Positions 35,649 to 45,460 of a stretch of DNA of 56,486 nucleotides are shown in pieces. The position numbers and the translations under genes are program-made. Origin of the DNA: Candidatus Microgenomates bacterium (GTDB lineage: Bacteria; Patescibacteriota; Microgenomatia; Daviesbacterales; UBA10151); the NCBI GenBank assembly GCA_016182045.1, contig JACOYE010000012.1, positions 1-56,486 of the forward strand, read 5' to 3'. The notes beneath the pieces were generated by a model. The model did not search any database and was not told the DNA's origin. It was given only the letters and a program-made list of their open reading frames with translations. Each line of letters begins with the position of its first letter. Within the stretch, counting starts at the first letter, position 1.

Positions 35649-38123
35649 TTAAGTCCTGTCTGTTGACGAAACCACAGTGGCTGCGGCCACTTTTTCACCG
35701 GCGCGAACTCTCATCAAAATTACCCCTTGTGTTTGTCTTTGCAAAGTTGGGACTTCTCTTAGATTCATCTTAATCAGCTGTCCTTTATTGGACGTTAAAA
35801 CTAATGTATCGGTACTTTTATACACTGCTTGAGCAGTGACAATCGGCCCAGTTTTGAGGTTCACTTGGGCAGCTTTAACTCCTTGTCCTCCCCTGCCCTG
35901 TTTGCTCCAAGAAGAGAACTTGGTCTTTTTACCTAAACCATTTTCCATAATCACCAAAAGTTCATCATCATTGCTTTGGACAACATTTAAAGAAACGACC
36001 TCATCGCCTTTCGTAAGTTTAATTCCTCTTACCCCCGAGGTATCTCTATGGGTTGGTTTGACCCCAGTTTCTGAAAAACGGATTGACTTGCCCATCTTGG
36101 AAACGATAATAAGGTCATGTTTACCTGAGGTCAAACTTACCCAGCCCAACTGATCGTTAGCATCCAGTTTGATGGCCACCAAACCATTTTTTCTGATATT
36201 GACATATTCTTCCAAAGCGGTTTTTTTGACATTGCCCATCTTGGTACACATAAAGAAATATTTGGCACTGCCATTATGTTTATTGGTAGTCAGAACCGCC
36301 GTGATTTTTTCTCCCTGTTCAACATTGATTAGATTGACAATGGCCTGACCTTTGGCAGATCTTTGTGTCTCGGGAATTTCCCAGACCTTGATTTGAAAAA
36401 CCCTTCCCCTGTCTGTGAAGAAAAGAATGTTATCATGAGTCTGGGTATAAAAAATGTGGGAAACAGCATCTGTTTCTTTGGTGGAAATACCCATTACTCC
36501 TTTACCGCCTCGCTGTTGAGTTCTGAAAGAGTGGGGAGATTGTCTTTTGATATAACCGCCTTCGGTGATAGTGACAATTGTCACCTCATTGGGCACCAAG
36601 TCTTCTTCGGAAAACTCTCCCACCTTTTGTTTATAGACTCGGGTGCGTCTGTCATCGCCATACCTTCCCTTAATTTTTAAGAGCTCTTCTTTAATAACTT
36701 TGAGAATTTTCTCAGGGTGTGCCAATAAATCCTCAAGATAGGCAATAGTTTCACGAACCATCTTTAACTCATCTTCTATTTTTTGACGCTCCAAAGCTGC
36801 CAGTCTTCGAAGCTGCATATCCAAAATGGCCACTGCCTGAATTTCTGTTAGTTTAAACTTGGTCATTAAGTTTACTTTGGCCTGATCTGCATCCCTGCTT
36901 TTTTTAATGGTTTCAATGACACGATCGATATTATCAACTGCAATTTTTAACCCTTCCAAGATATGCTCTCTTGCCTTGGCTTCGCTTAGCTCAAATTCTG
37001 AGCGTCTTGTTACTATTTGCTGTCGGTGGCGAATAAACTCAGTTAAGATTTGTTTTAAGGTTAAAAGGTGAGGTACCCCATCAGACAGTGCCACAAGATT
37101 GACATTGAAAACAGACTGCATGGCAGTGTATTTGTAAAGATTATTTAAAATGGCTTTGGGTTTGGCATCCCTTTTTAGATCAAAAACGATCCTCACCATC
37201 TGTTTTCTGTCTGATTCGTCGCGCAGATCTGAGATACCTTCTAATTTTTTGTCTTTGACAAGATCGGCAATTCTGGCAATTAAGGTGGCTTTGTTAACTT
37301 GATATGGCAACTCTGAGACAATTATTTGCATTTTTCCCGCTCCGCCCGCGGAGCGGGGCGAGCCGGCAGAGCCTGATTCATCTATTTCAGTCTTAGCTCT
37401 CATCACAATCCTGCCTTTGCCGGTAGCATAGGCTGCCAGGATTTCGCTTTGATCGTAAATTGAACCCCCTGTTGGAAAATCGGGACCTTTTATAAACTGG
37501 ATTAGATCCTCAACAGTGACGTCTGGGTGGTCGATCATGTACACCAGCGCATCACAAACCTCTCCTAAATTATGGGGTGGAATTTGGGTGGCCATGCCAA
37601 CAGCAATCCCGGAGGCTCCATTCAGAAGTAGATTGGGTATGACCGAAGGTAGCAATACTGGCTCTTGAGTAGTGCCAGAATAATTGTCAATAAAATTTAC
37701 GGTGTTTTTACTAATGTCCCGAAGTAATTCATCAGCAATGCTAGAGAGCCTGGCTTCAGTGTAGCGCATGGCAGCTGGCGAGTCTCCATCAATTGAGCCA
37801 AAATTTCCCTGGCCGTCAATCAGCATATATCTTAGGGAAAAGTTTTGAGCCATCCTGACCATAGCTTCATAAACAGGAGCATCACCGTGTGGATGAAAAT
37901 TTTTCAATACCTCTCCCACTACAGCTGCGCTCTTTTGATATCTTGAGGTATGGTGTAGACTCTGCTGGTGCATGGCATAAATAATGCGTCTTTGGACTGG
38001 TTTTAGGCCGTCTCGGACATCTGGAAGAGCGCGGGAAACAATCACGGACATGGCATAGTCCAAATAGGACCTCTGCATCTCTTCTATGATTGGAGCTGGC
38101 TGAATTTTACCGATATTACTCAT
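35649..38123 (-). CDS. gyrA: DNA gyrase subunit A
   Basis: DGLKPVQRR, HPHGD, AAMRYTE, GyrA-box QQRGGKG. Confidence 0.98.
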   Translation of the reverse strand: MSNIGKIQPAPIIEEMQRSYLDYAMSVIVSRALPDVRDGLKPVQRRIIYAMHQQSLHHTSRYQKSAAVVGEVLKNFHPHGDAPVYEAMVRMAQNFSLRYMLIDGQGNFGSIDGDSPAAMRYTEARLSSIADELLRDISKNTVNFIDNYSGTTQEPVLLPSVIPNLLLNGASGIAVGMATQIPPHNLGEVCDALVYMIDHPDVTVEDLIQFIKGPDFPTGGSIYDQSEILAAYATGKGRIVMRAKTEIDESGSAGSPRSAGGAGKMQIIVSELPYQVNKATLIARIADLVKDKKLEGISDLRDESDRKQMVRIVFDLKRDAKPKAILNNLYKYTAMQSVFNVNLVALSDGVPHLLTLKQILTEFIRHRQQIVTRRSEFELSEAKAREHILEGLKIAVDNIDRVIETIKKSRDADQAKVNLMTKFKLTEIQAVAILDMQLRRLAALERQKIEDELKMVRETIAYLEDLLAHPEKILKVIKEELLKIKGRYGDDRRTRVYKQKVGEFSEEDLVPNEVTIVTITEGGYIKRQSPHSFRTQQRGGKGVMGISTKETDAVSHIFYTQTHDNILFFTDRGRVFQIKVWEIPETQRSAKGQAIVNLINVEQGEKITAVLTTNKHNGSAKYFFMCTKMGNVKKTALEEYVNIRKNGLVAIKLDANDQLGWVSLTSGKHDLIIVSKMGKSIRFSETGVKPTHRDTSGVRGIKLTKGDEVVSLNVVQSNDDELLVIMENGLGKKTKFSSWSKQGRGGQGVKAAQVNLKTGPIVTAQAVYKSTDTLVLTSNKGQLIKMNLREVPTLQRQTQGVILMRVRAGEKVAAATVVSSTDRT
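37336..37371 (+). repeat. 36-nt branched hairpin micro-insertion (CCCG foot) in gyrA
   Basis: CCCG-CTCCGCC-CGCGGAGCGGGGCGAGCC-GGCAGAG; adds SAGSPRSAGGAG; removal gives IDESGKMQI. Confidence 0.8.
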
Positions 38124-38210
38124 ATAGATGAAGCATTAAAAATGAGCTTGGAGCTCTTACTAATTATACCTTTTTTAAGCTTTCTTAAGCAAGGGGTTTT
38201 TGATGGTTTG

Positions 38211-38837
38211 CTACCTCTCAAATGGACACTTCTTGGGCCAAGTTCTCCAAGCCTGTTTGTTTCTATATAAAGGAAATTCTTTTTTTAAAACCCAGTGAAG
38301 TTTGTTTGGATCCTTTATCAAATCCACAAAAACCTTCCCATTTAAATGATCAATCTCATGTTGAAAAATCCTGGCCACATATCCAGTGTGTCTTTCCTCA
38401 ATAACTTTGAACCTCCACTCCTGGTGTGTATTTGAATTTACACTCCTGGTCTGTAGCTTCGAAGCCTTAACTTTTACAGAAATGGGTCTTTTAACTATGC
38501 CACAAACTCTTCCGGTTGAGAAACATCCTTCATACCACTCCCCCTCTCTTTTAGAAACCCATGTAATTTCCGGATTGATATACACCCTCAAATCCCCTAC
38601 TCGGCCTTTTCCATCAGCTTTCAAATCCACCAAAATAATTCTTTTTGAAATCCCAATTTGCGGCGCAGCCAATCCCATCATGACAGGTTTCTTCTTATCT
38701 TTCTGCTGTCTGTATGCTACCTCAAGCATTTGTTTAATATTTTCTCTAGTTTCAGGGGAATCAATTTGACTGGCTGGCACCTTTTTCGCTACCTTAGTTA
38801 AAAGTGGATCATTAGGTTGTAAAAATAACTTATTCAC
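38211..38837 (-). CDS. def: peptide deformylase
   Basis: GLAAPQIG, EGCFS, QHEIDHLNG. Confidence 0.93.
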   Translation of the reverse strand: MNKLFLQPNDPLLTKVAKKVPASQIDSPETRENIKQMLEVAYRQQKDKKKPVMMGLAAPQIGISKRIILVDLKADGKGRVGDLRVYINPEITWVSKREGEWYEGCFSTGRVCGIVKRPISVKVKASKLQTRSVNSNTHQEWRFKVIEERHTGYVARIFQHEIDHLNGKVFVDLIKDPNKLHWVLKKEFPLYRNKQAWRTWPKKCPFER

Positions 38838-40036
38838 TCTTGTCTGGCTTCTTTAATGACTTTTATGATAGCAACGGAAATTTTACCATTGTCGTTTTCG
38901 ATATATAACCTCCAAGTCGTACCCAAACCTACATCATACGAACCCTGGTATGGTCCTTCGCTTACCCTTTTTAACTGTCTCAATTGATCCGGTGGCCTCT
39001 GGGAAAATTTAGTAACCTTATCAAATACATCTTTTGCCACTAACATTCTATACTCTCGTGATTTATCTAAAAAATTTTGTAGTTCGCGGGGACTGCTGAC
39101 TTCATGCGATTTTCCATTAAGCACCACTATCATAAGTGTTTGTTTTTCAGCTTCTAATTTATTTTCTGCTAAAGGAGACCTAGGTTGTTCAGATGGTACA
39201 AATCTTTTTGGTTCATCTCGTTTTCTGGGAACTACTGCGACACTTTTTGATCTTTCCTCAGGTGGCAGATTTTGAAAAGCTATAATAGCATTAAATTTTG
39301 TCTGCATCTCGGGAACAACTTCTTGCTCATCTTTTTTTAGTTTTTTTGCGTAATGTCTAAAAAGTATCTCTCTTGCCTGCTCATCGTCTTTAAAAAGATC
39401 CCAAGCACAAAATACGACTCTATTCGAGTCTTCAAAAAGCCATACCAGATCCATACTATCTCTATCTTCCCGGAGCTTCTTAAGGGCCTTCCTTGTTTGT
39501 TTAAGCGAACTTTCCATCGGAGTTAAAGCTATATTTACGCCTTTAAGCTCAGCTTCGGTTCTGGCAAGACGATCTGACGATACAGCTACTGGATCAAATC
39601 GCTCTGCCAGACTTTCAGATACTCTCCTCATCAGTTGATAACCAATCCATCCTAAAGGTCCAGGTTCATTCGGATGACTCTTTTTAACAGCATTCTTTCT
39701 TTTCTTTTCCAAGAGCAGACGTTCATTTAAAACTTGCTGCTTTTTTCTTAGGTCTGGTAGTACCTCTTCCAATTTTTGTAACCCAGTAGAAGAATTATTT
39801 ATATTCAACTCTAATGGTCCTCGTTCAGACGAACTTAGAAATCCACCAAGACTTTCCAAATATAGCCGTCTTCCTGGATATCCTGACTTTACAAGCAAAT
39901 CTTCTTCTATTTTTTGTTGTTTTTTATTGAATGAAAACCTATATCTCCAATCAGCTCTAAGTCCTTCATTTTTAATTTCTAATAGAGAGTAAAGATTTAG
40001 CTCAGGCATTGGCGGTAATTCTCTATTCGTACTCAT
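38834..40036 (-). CDS. hypothetical coiled-coil protein with possible C-terminal RelE-like domain
   Basis: 400-aa ORF, 4-nt overlap with def; the domain call is tentative. Confidence 0.65.
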   Translation of the reverse strand: MSTNRELPPMPELNLYSLLEIKNEGLRADWRYRFSFNKKQQKIEEDLLVKSGYPGRRLYLESLGGFLSSSERGPLELNINNSSTGLQKLEEVLPDLRKKQQVLNERLLLEKKRKNAVKKSHPNEPGPLGWIGYQLMRRVSESLAERFDPVAVSSDRLARTEAELKGVNIALTPMESSLKQTRKALKKLREDRDSMDLVWLFEDSNRVVFCAWDLFKDDEQAREILFRHYAKKLKKDEQEVVPEMQTKFNAIIAFQNLPPEERSKSVAVVPRKRDEPKRFVPSEQPRSPLAENKLEAEKQTLMIVVLNGKSHEVSSPRELQNFLDKSREYRMLVAKDVFDKVTKFSQRPPDQLRQLKRVSEGPYQGSYDVGLGTTWRLYIENDNGKISVAIIKVIKEARQE

Positions 40037-40138
40037 TGTTGGCTAAAATAACACATAGCTTAATGCAATTGCAATTATTCATTATATAAAATTTACACAC
40101 TTACACCTCGGAGGTGTTATATACTTAACACCTAGGGT

Positions 40139-41227
40139 TTAGATTGAGGTTTTAAGTTTGGATTCTCTTTTAAATCTTTCCAAAGCAAGCTGGATTAATC
40201 TATCTACCAACTGCTGATAAGAGATTCCGCTTGCTTCCCAAAGTTTTGGATACATGCTGATTTTGGTAAATCCTGGAATGGTATTTAGCTCATTTACAAC
40301 TACGTCTCCATTTTCTTTCAAGAAAAAATCCACTCTGGCCATTCCCTCACAGCAAAGAGTTTTAAAAGTTTTGATAGCCAGCTCTTGAACCGTTTTAACA
40401 ATTTTTTTGGGAAGGTTTGCAGGAACTTTAAGAATAGCCCCATTTTCATCAACATATTTTGCCTCATAAGAATAAAACTCATGAGTTGGAACTACTTCCC
40501 CGGGAATTGATGCAATAGGATTTTCATTTCCTAAAACAGAGCATTCAATCTCTCTCCCCTTTACATATTCCTCTACTAGGATTTTGCTATCAAATTCAAA
40601 TGCACTTCTTACAGCTTTTTTAAATTCCTTCTCATTTTTAACTTTACTTATTCCAACAGAAGATCCTAAATTTGCTGGCTTTACAAAAAACGGCAAGCCA
40701 AGTTTGGTTTTAGCTGTGGCAAAATTAATTTTATTCCCCTTTTGAAAACATAAAAATTTTGCAGTTGGAATTCCTGCATGGTTTAAAAGTCTTTTCATGG
40801 CATCCTTATCCATCCCTAAAGCTGATCCCAAAACAGAAGAACCAACAAAAGGGATATTAAGTAGTTTTAGCATTCCCTGAATGGTTCCATCTTCACCAAA
40901 TGGTCCATGAAGTACAGGGAAAACAACATCTACTGATCCTACATCTTGATTATCTGTTACACTAACTAGTTTTGTAGATCTATTTTTTTGCACTAAAGAG
41001 ACTTCTTTGCTTGTTTTATTTAATTTAGTAAGTTTGGGATTTGATGCACTCAAAAGAAGTTGTGCAGGTTGGTTTAATACCCATTTGCCAGTTTTATCAA
41101 TACCTATTAAGATAGGTTCATATTTATCTTTATCCAGTGAGTTAAAAATATTTTTTGCAGACTGAATTGAGACCTCATGCTCCGCAGATCTTCCTCCAAA
41201 AATAATAGCTACCATGATTTTTTTCAT
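40139..41227 (-). CDS. ddl: D-alanine--D-alanine ligase
   Basis: FGGRSAEHEVS, LHGPFGEDG, GSSVG, YSYEAKY, ELNTIPGFT. Confidence 0.96.
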   Translation of the reverse strand: MKKIMVAIIFGGRSAEHEVSIQSAKNIFNSLDKDKYEPILIGIDKTGKWVLNQPAQLLLSASNPKLTKLNKTSKEVSLVQKNRSTKLVSVTDNQDVGSVDVVFPVLHGPFGEDGTIQGMLKLLNIPFVGSSVLGSALGMDKDAMKRLLNHAGIPTAKFLCFQKGNKINFATAKTKLGLPFFVKPANLGSSVGISKVKNEKEFKKAVRSAFEFDSKILVEEYVKGREIECSVLGNENPIASIPGEVVPTHEFYSYEAKYVDENGAILKVPANLPKKIVKTVQELAIKTFKTLCCEGMARVDFFLKENGDVVVNELNTIPGFTKISMYPKLWEASGISYQQLVDRLIQLALERFKRESKLKTSI

Positions 41228-42339
41228 ACAACAACTCTTCTGATTGGGGCAGCAAGGTGTACCAGTATATCATAAGGAATGGTTTGACAAATTTTGGCCG
41301 CATTTTCTATTGAGTTTGGATCTTTGGGATTGTTGGAATAAACTAAAACTTTCTGTCCAATATATGGATTGGCCACTTTAGATAAATCTACGGTAGCAAT
41401 ATTCATACTGACTCGGCCGATGATGGGACAAACTACTCCCTCAACTAAAACATATCCTTTATTAGAAAGTCTTCTGTCCACCCCATCATAATAGCCAATT
41501 GGTAAAATACCCATTAGCATGTCTTTTTTGGCAGTAAATGTTCCGCCATAGCCTACCCTGTCTCCTCTTCTTAATTTTTTAATCTGAATAATTTTACTTT
41601 TAAGAGTAAGGACTGGTTTTAAATTTGGATCCGATGAGATGCCATATAGTGCAAGTCCGATCCTGGCCATATTTAGCCTGCAACCTGGAAGGTTGAAAGC
41701 TAAACCATCAGAGTTTTGGATATGTATCCATTGTGGGTAGACTTTATACTTTTTGCAGATAGTGAGAGCCTTCTTAAAATTTTTAATTTGAATTCTATTT
41801 AGTGGATCATTTTTATCATCAGTCGATGCCAGATGAGACATCAATCCTTCTATTTTTAAATTTTTAAATTGTTTCATTGCTGTCAGAAAATTTGGTAAAT
41901 CTTCTAAGCTGATGCCTTCCCTGTGCATGCCGGTATCAACAAAAATATGGACTCCACATCCAGGCTGGTACTTGCTTAAAATTTTTACTGTTTCTATATC
42001 ATAAACAGCATAGGAAAATGGCAGTTTTTTCACCATATAATTTTGTGGATCGGTGTAGCCTATGATTAAAATAGGAGTCTTTATATGAACTTTAAGTAAC
42101 TCATAAGCCTCATAAAGTGAGTCCACACAAAAGAATGGTGCACCCAGTGGATCCAAAATCTTTGCCAACTCAATTATTCCATGCCCATAAGCATTACTTT
42201 TAATAACAGGAGCAATTTTAATTCTTCTGTTTAAGGAAGAAAGGTATTTGAAATTATTGATTAGGTTTGTCTTAGAAATCTCAATCAGATTTAAGGTCCG
42301 ATAATCTTTTTTAAAAATCTTAAGTAGAGTATCTAGCAT
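41224..42339 (-). CDS. alr: alanine racemase
   Basis: VIKSNAYGHG, DTGMHREG, VGYGG, PIGYYDG, GRVSM. Confidence 0.95.
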   Translation of the reverse strand: MLDTLLKIFKKDYRTLNLIEISKTNLINNFKYLSSLNRRIKIAPVIKSNAYGHGIIELAKILDPLGAPFFCVDSLYEAYELLKVHIKTPILIIGYTDPQNYMVKKLPFSYAVYDIETVKILSKYQPGCGVHIFVDTGMHREGISLEDLPNFLTAMKQFKNLKIEGLMSHLASTDDKNDPLNRIQIKNFKKALTICKKYKVYPQWIHIQNSDGLAFNLPGCRLNMARIGLALYGISSDPNLKPVLTLKSKIIQIKKLRRGDRVGYGGTFTAKKDMLMGILPIGYYDGVDRRLSNKGYVLVEGVVCPIIGRVSMNIATVDLSKVANPYIGQKVLVYSNNPKDPNSIENAAKICQTIPYDILVHLAAPIRRVVV

Positions 42340-42452
42340 ATTTTAGAAAAGAAGCTCAATTATATCTTTTTTCATTCTTTCTCGCCAATAAATTTTATTA
42401 TCCAATATATTGTGGATTGACATATAGCAGTATCTTGCTTATTGTAGTATTC

Positions 42453-42980
42453 ATGCATTTGTGTTTAATTTCAATCGCTATTGTTACTTTTGGGGTTTTG
42501 GTCAGACTGCTTCCTCATGCTCCAAACATTGCTCCTATTGGAGCTTTAATGCTTTTTGCGGGTACTTATCTTCCTAAAAAACTTTTATGGTTGCCCCTTT
42601 TGGCACTTTTAATAAGTGATTATTTTATCGGATTTTATGGTACGGACATGTTTTATGTTTATGGCAGTTTTGTATTAATAGGAACTATTGGTTTGTGGTT
42701 GTGTTCTCACAAAAAGCCGTTATATATAATAGGTGGCTCACTCTCATCCTCTATTCTCTTCTTTTTAATAACCAACTTTGGGGTCTGGGCTCCACCTAAT
42801 AACTGGTATCCCCACACCTTAGATGGATTAATCCAAAGCTATACTTTAGCTATCCCTTTTTTCAGAAACTCTCTTATTGGTGATGTAACTTATACAATTT
42901 TATTATTTGGAGGATATGAGATGATACAAAAGTTTGCCAAAAAATATCTTCCAGAAAAGGTCTTCAAATTAGCTTTTTAG
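42453..42980 (+). CDS. putative ECF-type S-component transporter (DUF6580/CblT-like)
   Basis: RLLPHAPN.APIGA..LF.G, FFLITNFGVW, Y...IPFFRN. Confidence 0.7.
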   Translation: MHLCLISIAIVTFGVLVRLLPHAPNIAPIGALMLFAGTYLPKKLLWLPLLALLISDYFIGFYGTDMFYVYGSFVLIGTIGLWLCSHKKPLYIIGGSLSSSILFFLITNFGVWAPPNNWYPHTLDGLIQSYTLAIPFFRNSLIGDVTYTILLFGGYEMIQKFAKKYLPEKVFKLAF

Positions 42981-43004
42981 GCTTACCCTCAGTATAATTT
43001 ACAG

Positions 43005-44255
43005 ATGATGATTCTTGAAGAAGTTAGGGAAAAATATCCCGAGTTTATATATGAGGGTTTTGAGATAAAGTATGAAGGGGAAAGTTTAATAATCAATTTT
43101 GATTTTAAAGTTTCTGGGGATTTTACCTTCAGACCAAAAATCGTTTTCCCAAACGTATCCCCGCATTCTAAGTGGGAAGGTAGACTGGATAACTTAATTT
43201 TTAATTTGGGAATGGTTGAGCTTTTAAGCTACTGGAAAGCTGTTTGCTCTCCGCAAATTGTAATCAAAGCAGGATATTTAAGTAAGGAGCAAATTAAGTT
43301 TTGGAAAAAACTTTTATTAAAGGGATTGGGAGAATTTTTTTATAATAATAAAATAGATTTTACAAAAAAAGATTTGGTGGAGTTTACGATACAACCTTCG
43401 AGGTTACAGGCTAAAGTTGATGCGTCTGAACAACTCTTAAAAGAAAGAGATCTAATATTGATTGGAGGAGGTAAAGATTCTGCTGTTACTTTGGAACAAA
43501 TCAGTAAGTCCGGAAAAGAGTTTAACTGCCTAATGTTAAATCCCACTAAGGCTGTCTTAGCTATCGCAAAGATAAGTGGTTGTAAAAATCCGATTATTAT
43601 TAAAAGAACAATAGATCCAAAACTTCTGGAGCTAAATAAAAAAGGTTATCTTAATGGCCATACCCCATTTTCAGCATACCTTGCTTTTTTGGGAACACTT
43701 GCGGGAGTACTTTACGATTACAAAAACATTGTGGTTTCTAATGAGGTCTCATCTGATGAAGAAAATATCTTATGGATGGGTCAGGAAATAAACCATCAGT
43801 ATTCTAAGACTTCTGAATTTGAAAAAGATTTTAGAAGTTACTCCGAAAAATATTTAACAGCTTCTACAAATTATTTCAGTTTTTTAAGGGATAAAGGAGA
43901 GCTGGAAATATCCAGGCTTTTTGCCAGGATGCCAAAATATCACAAGCTTTTTAGAAGCTGCAACAAAGGTTCAAAGCAAGGAGTATGGTGTGGAGAATGT
44001 CCAAAATGTATTTCTACTTATCTTACACTCTATCCTTTTTTAGGGAGCGAAACACAAAAAATATTTGGTAAAGATTTATTAAGCGATGAAAGTTTAATTC
44101 CCATTGTCAAACAATTACTCAGAGAGAATAATGTGGCAAAACCATTTGAATGTGTGGCAACCGTTGCGGAGATAAAAAATGCCATTTCTTTGGGAAGAGA
44201 AAGAGCAGAAAAAGAGGGTGGAGAAATTCCAAAGGTTTTACGGATTAATGTATGA
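43005..44255 (+). CDS. murL: UDP-MurNAc-L-Ala-L-Glu epimerase
   Basis: SYWKA, GGGKDS PP-loop, NGHTPFSA, SNE.S, NHQYSK, F.SCN, WCGECPKC, KPFECV; coupled to murD. Confidence 0.85.
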   Translation: MMILEEVREKYPEFIYEGFEIKYEGESLIINFDFKVSGDFTFRPKIVFPNVSPHSKWEGRLDNLIFNLGMVELLSYWKAVCSPQIVIKAGYLSKEQIKFWKKLLLKGLGEFFYNNKIDFTKKDLVEFTIQPSRLQAKVDASEQLLKERDLILIGGGKDSAVTLEQISKSGKEFNCLMLNPTKAVLAIAKISGCKNPIIIKRTIDPKLLELNKKGYLNGHTPFSAYLAFLGTLAGVLYDYKNIVVSNEVSSDEENILWMGQEINHQYSKTSEFEKDFRSYSEKYLTASTNYFSFLRDKGELEISRLFARMPKYHKLFRSCNKGSKQGVWCGECPKCISTYLTLYPFLGSETQKIFGKDLLSDESLIPIVKQLLRENNVAKPFECVATVAEIKNAISLGRERAEKEGGEIPKVLRINV

Positions 44256-45460
44256 AATTACAAGATTTAAAAAATAAAACAATTTTAATTTTGGGATTTG
44301 GTAGAGAAGGTCAAGCAACCTTAAAGTTTTTAAGGAAACATTTTCCTAAAAAAGAAATTCGGGTGGCTGATCAAAGTGAGGGAAAAAATTATTTAGATAA
44401 AATAAATAATTATGATGTGATTATAAAATCACCGGGTATTCCCTATTTGCCAGAAATTAAAAAAGCAAAAGATCAAGGGAAAATAATCACATCTGCAACC
44501 CAAATCTTCTTTGATTTATGTATTGGAAAAATAATTGGGGTGACTGGCACCAAAGGCAAGAGTACAACGGCAGCTATGATTTACGAAGTTTTAAAGAGGG
44601 GTGGTTTTGATGTTTATTTGGCGGGAAATATTGGCCAGCCTGCTTTGGAATTATTAGAAAAAATTAACGGGGATTCTATTGTTGTTTATGAGCTGTCTTC
44701 ATTTCAGCTTGCAGACTTGACTAAAAGTCCTCATATTGCAGTTATCACAAATATTTATCCTGAACATTTAGATCACCATGGAAGTTTTGAAGATTATAAA
44801 AATGCAAAAGCAAATATTGTTAAGTTTCAAAAAGAGGATGATTTTGTAGTATTTAATAAAGATAATCAAGATGCAAAAGAAATTGCTGATTTATCAAAAG
44901 CTAAAAATAAATATGGATACTCTGATGAGATACCAATTAATCTTATCCCTGCCCTATATATAGGAAGAATGTTTGACATTACAGATCAAAACATTAAAAA
45001 GGCTGTAGCTTATTTTAAGACACTTCCTCATAGGTTAGAATTTGTGGGAAAGTTTAAAGGAATTAAGTTTTACAATGACTCACTCTCTACCATACCCCAA
45101 GCAACTATTAGGGCTTTAGATATTTTAGGAAATGATGTTGAGACTTTAATAGTCGGCGGTTTTGATAGAGGGATAGATTATGCCATTTTGGGGCCAGTAA
45201 TTGCAAAGTCTAATATTAAGAATTTAATACTTTTTCCCACAACTGGAGAAAAAATTTGGAATGCCGTTTCCTCTGAGGAGAATAATATTACAAGATATGA
45301 AGTGAGTTCCATGAGTGAGGCAGTAACATTGGCTTATAAACACACGAATCCTGGAAAAATAGCTCTGCTCTCCCCTGCCTCATCTAGTTTTAATTTATTT
45401 AAAGATTATGAAGATAGAGGAAATCAATTTAAAGAAGAAGTTAACTTTTTTGCTAAATAA
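44252..45460 (+). CDS. murD: UDP-MurNAc-L-Ala--glutamate ligase (MurD2 type)
   Basis: GFGREG, KSPGI, GTKGKSTT, ELSSFQL, EHLD.H, NDSLST, LLSPASSS. Confidence 0.92.
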   Translation: MKLQDLKNKTILILGFGREGQATLKFLRKHFPKKEIRVADQSEGKNYLDKINNYDVIIKSPGIPYLPEIKKAKDQGKIITSATQIFFDLCIGKIIGVTGTKGKSTTAAMIYEVLKRGGFDVYLAGNIGQPALELLEKINGDSIVVYELSSFQLADLTKSPHIAVITNIYPEHLDHHGSFEDYKNAKANIVKFQKEDDFVVFNKDNQDAKEIADLSKAKNKYGYSDEIPINLIPALYIGRMFDITDQNIKKAVAYFKTLPHRLEFVGKFKGIKFYNDSLSTIPQATIRALDILGNDVETLIVGGFDRGIDYAILGPVIAKSNIKNLILFPTTGEKIWNAVSSEENNITRYEVSSMSEAVTLAYKHTNPGKIALLSPASSSFNLFKDYEDRGNQFKEEVNFFAK

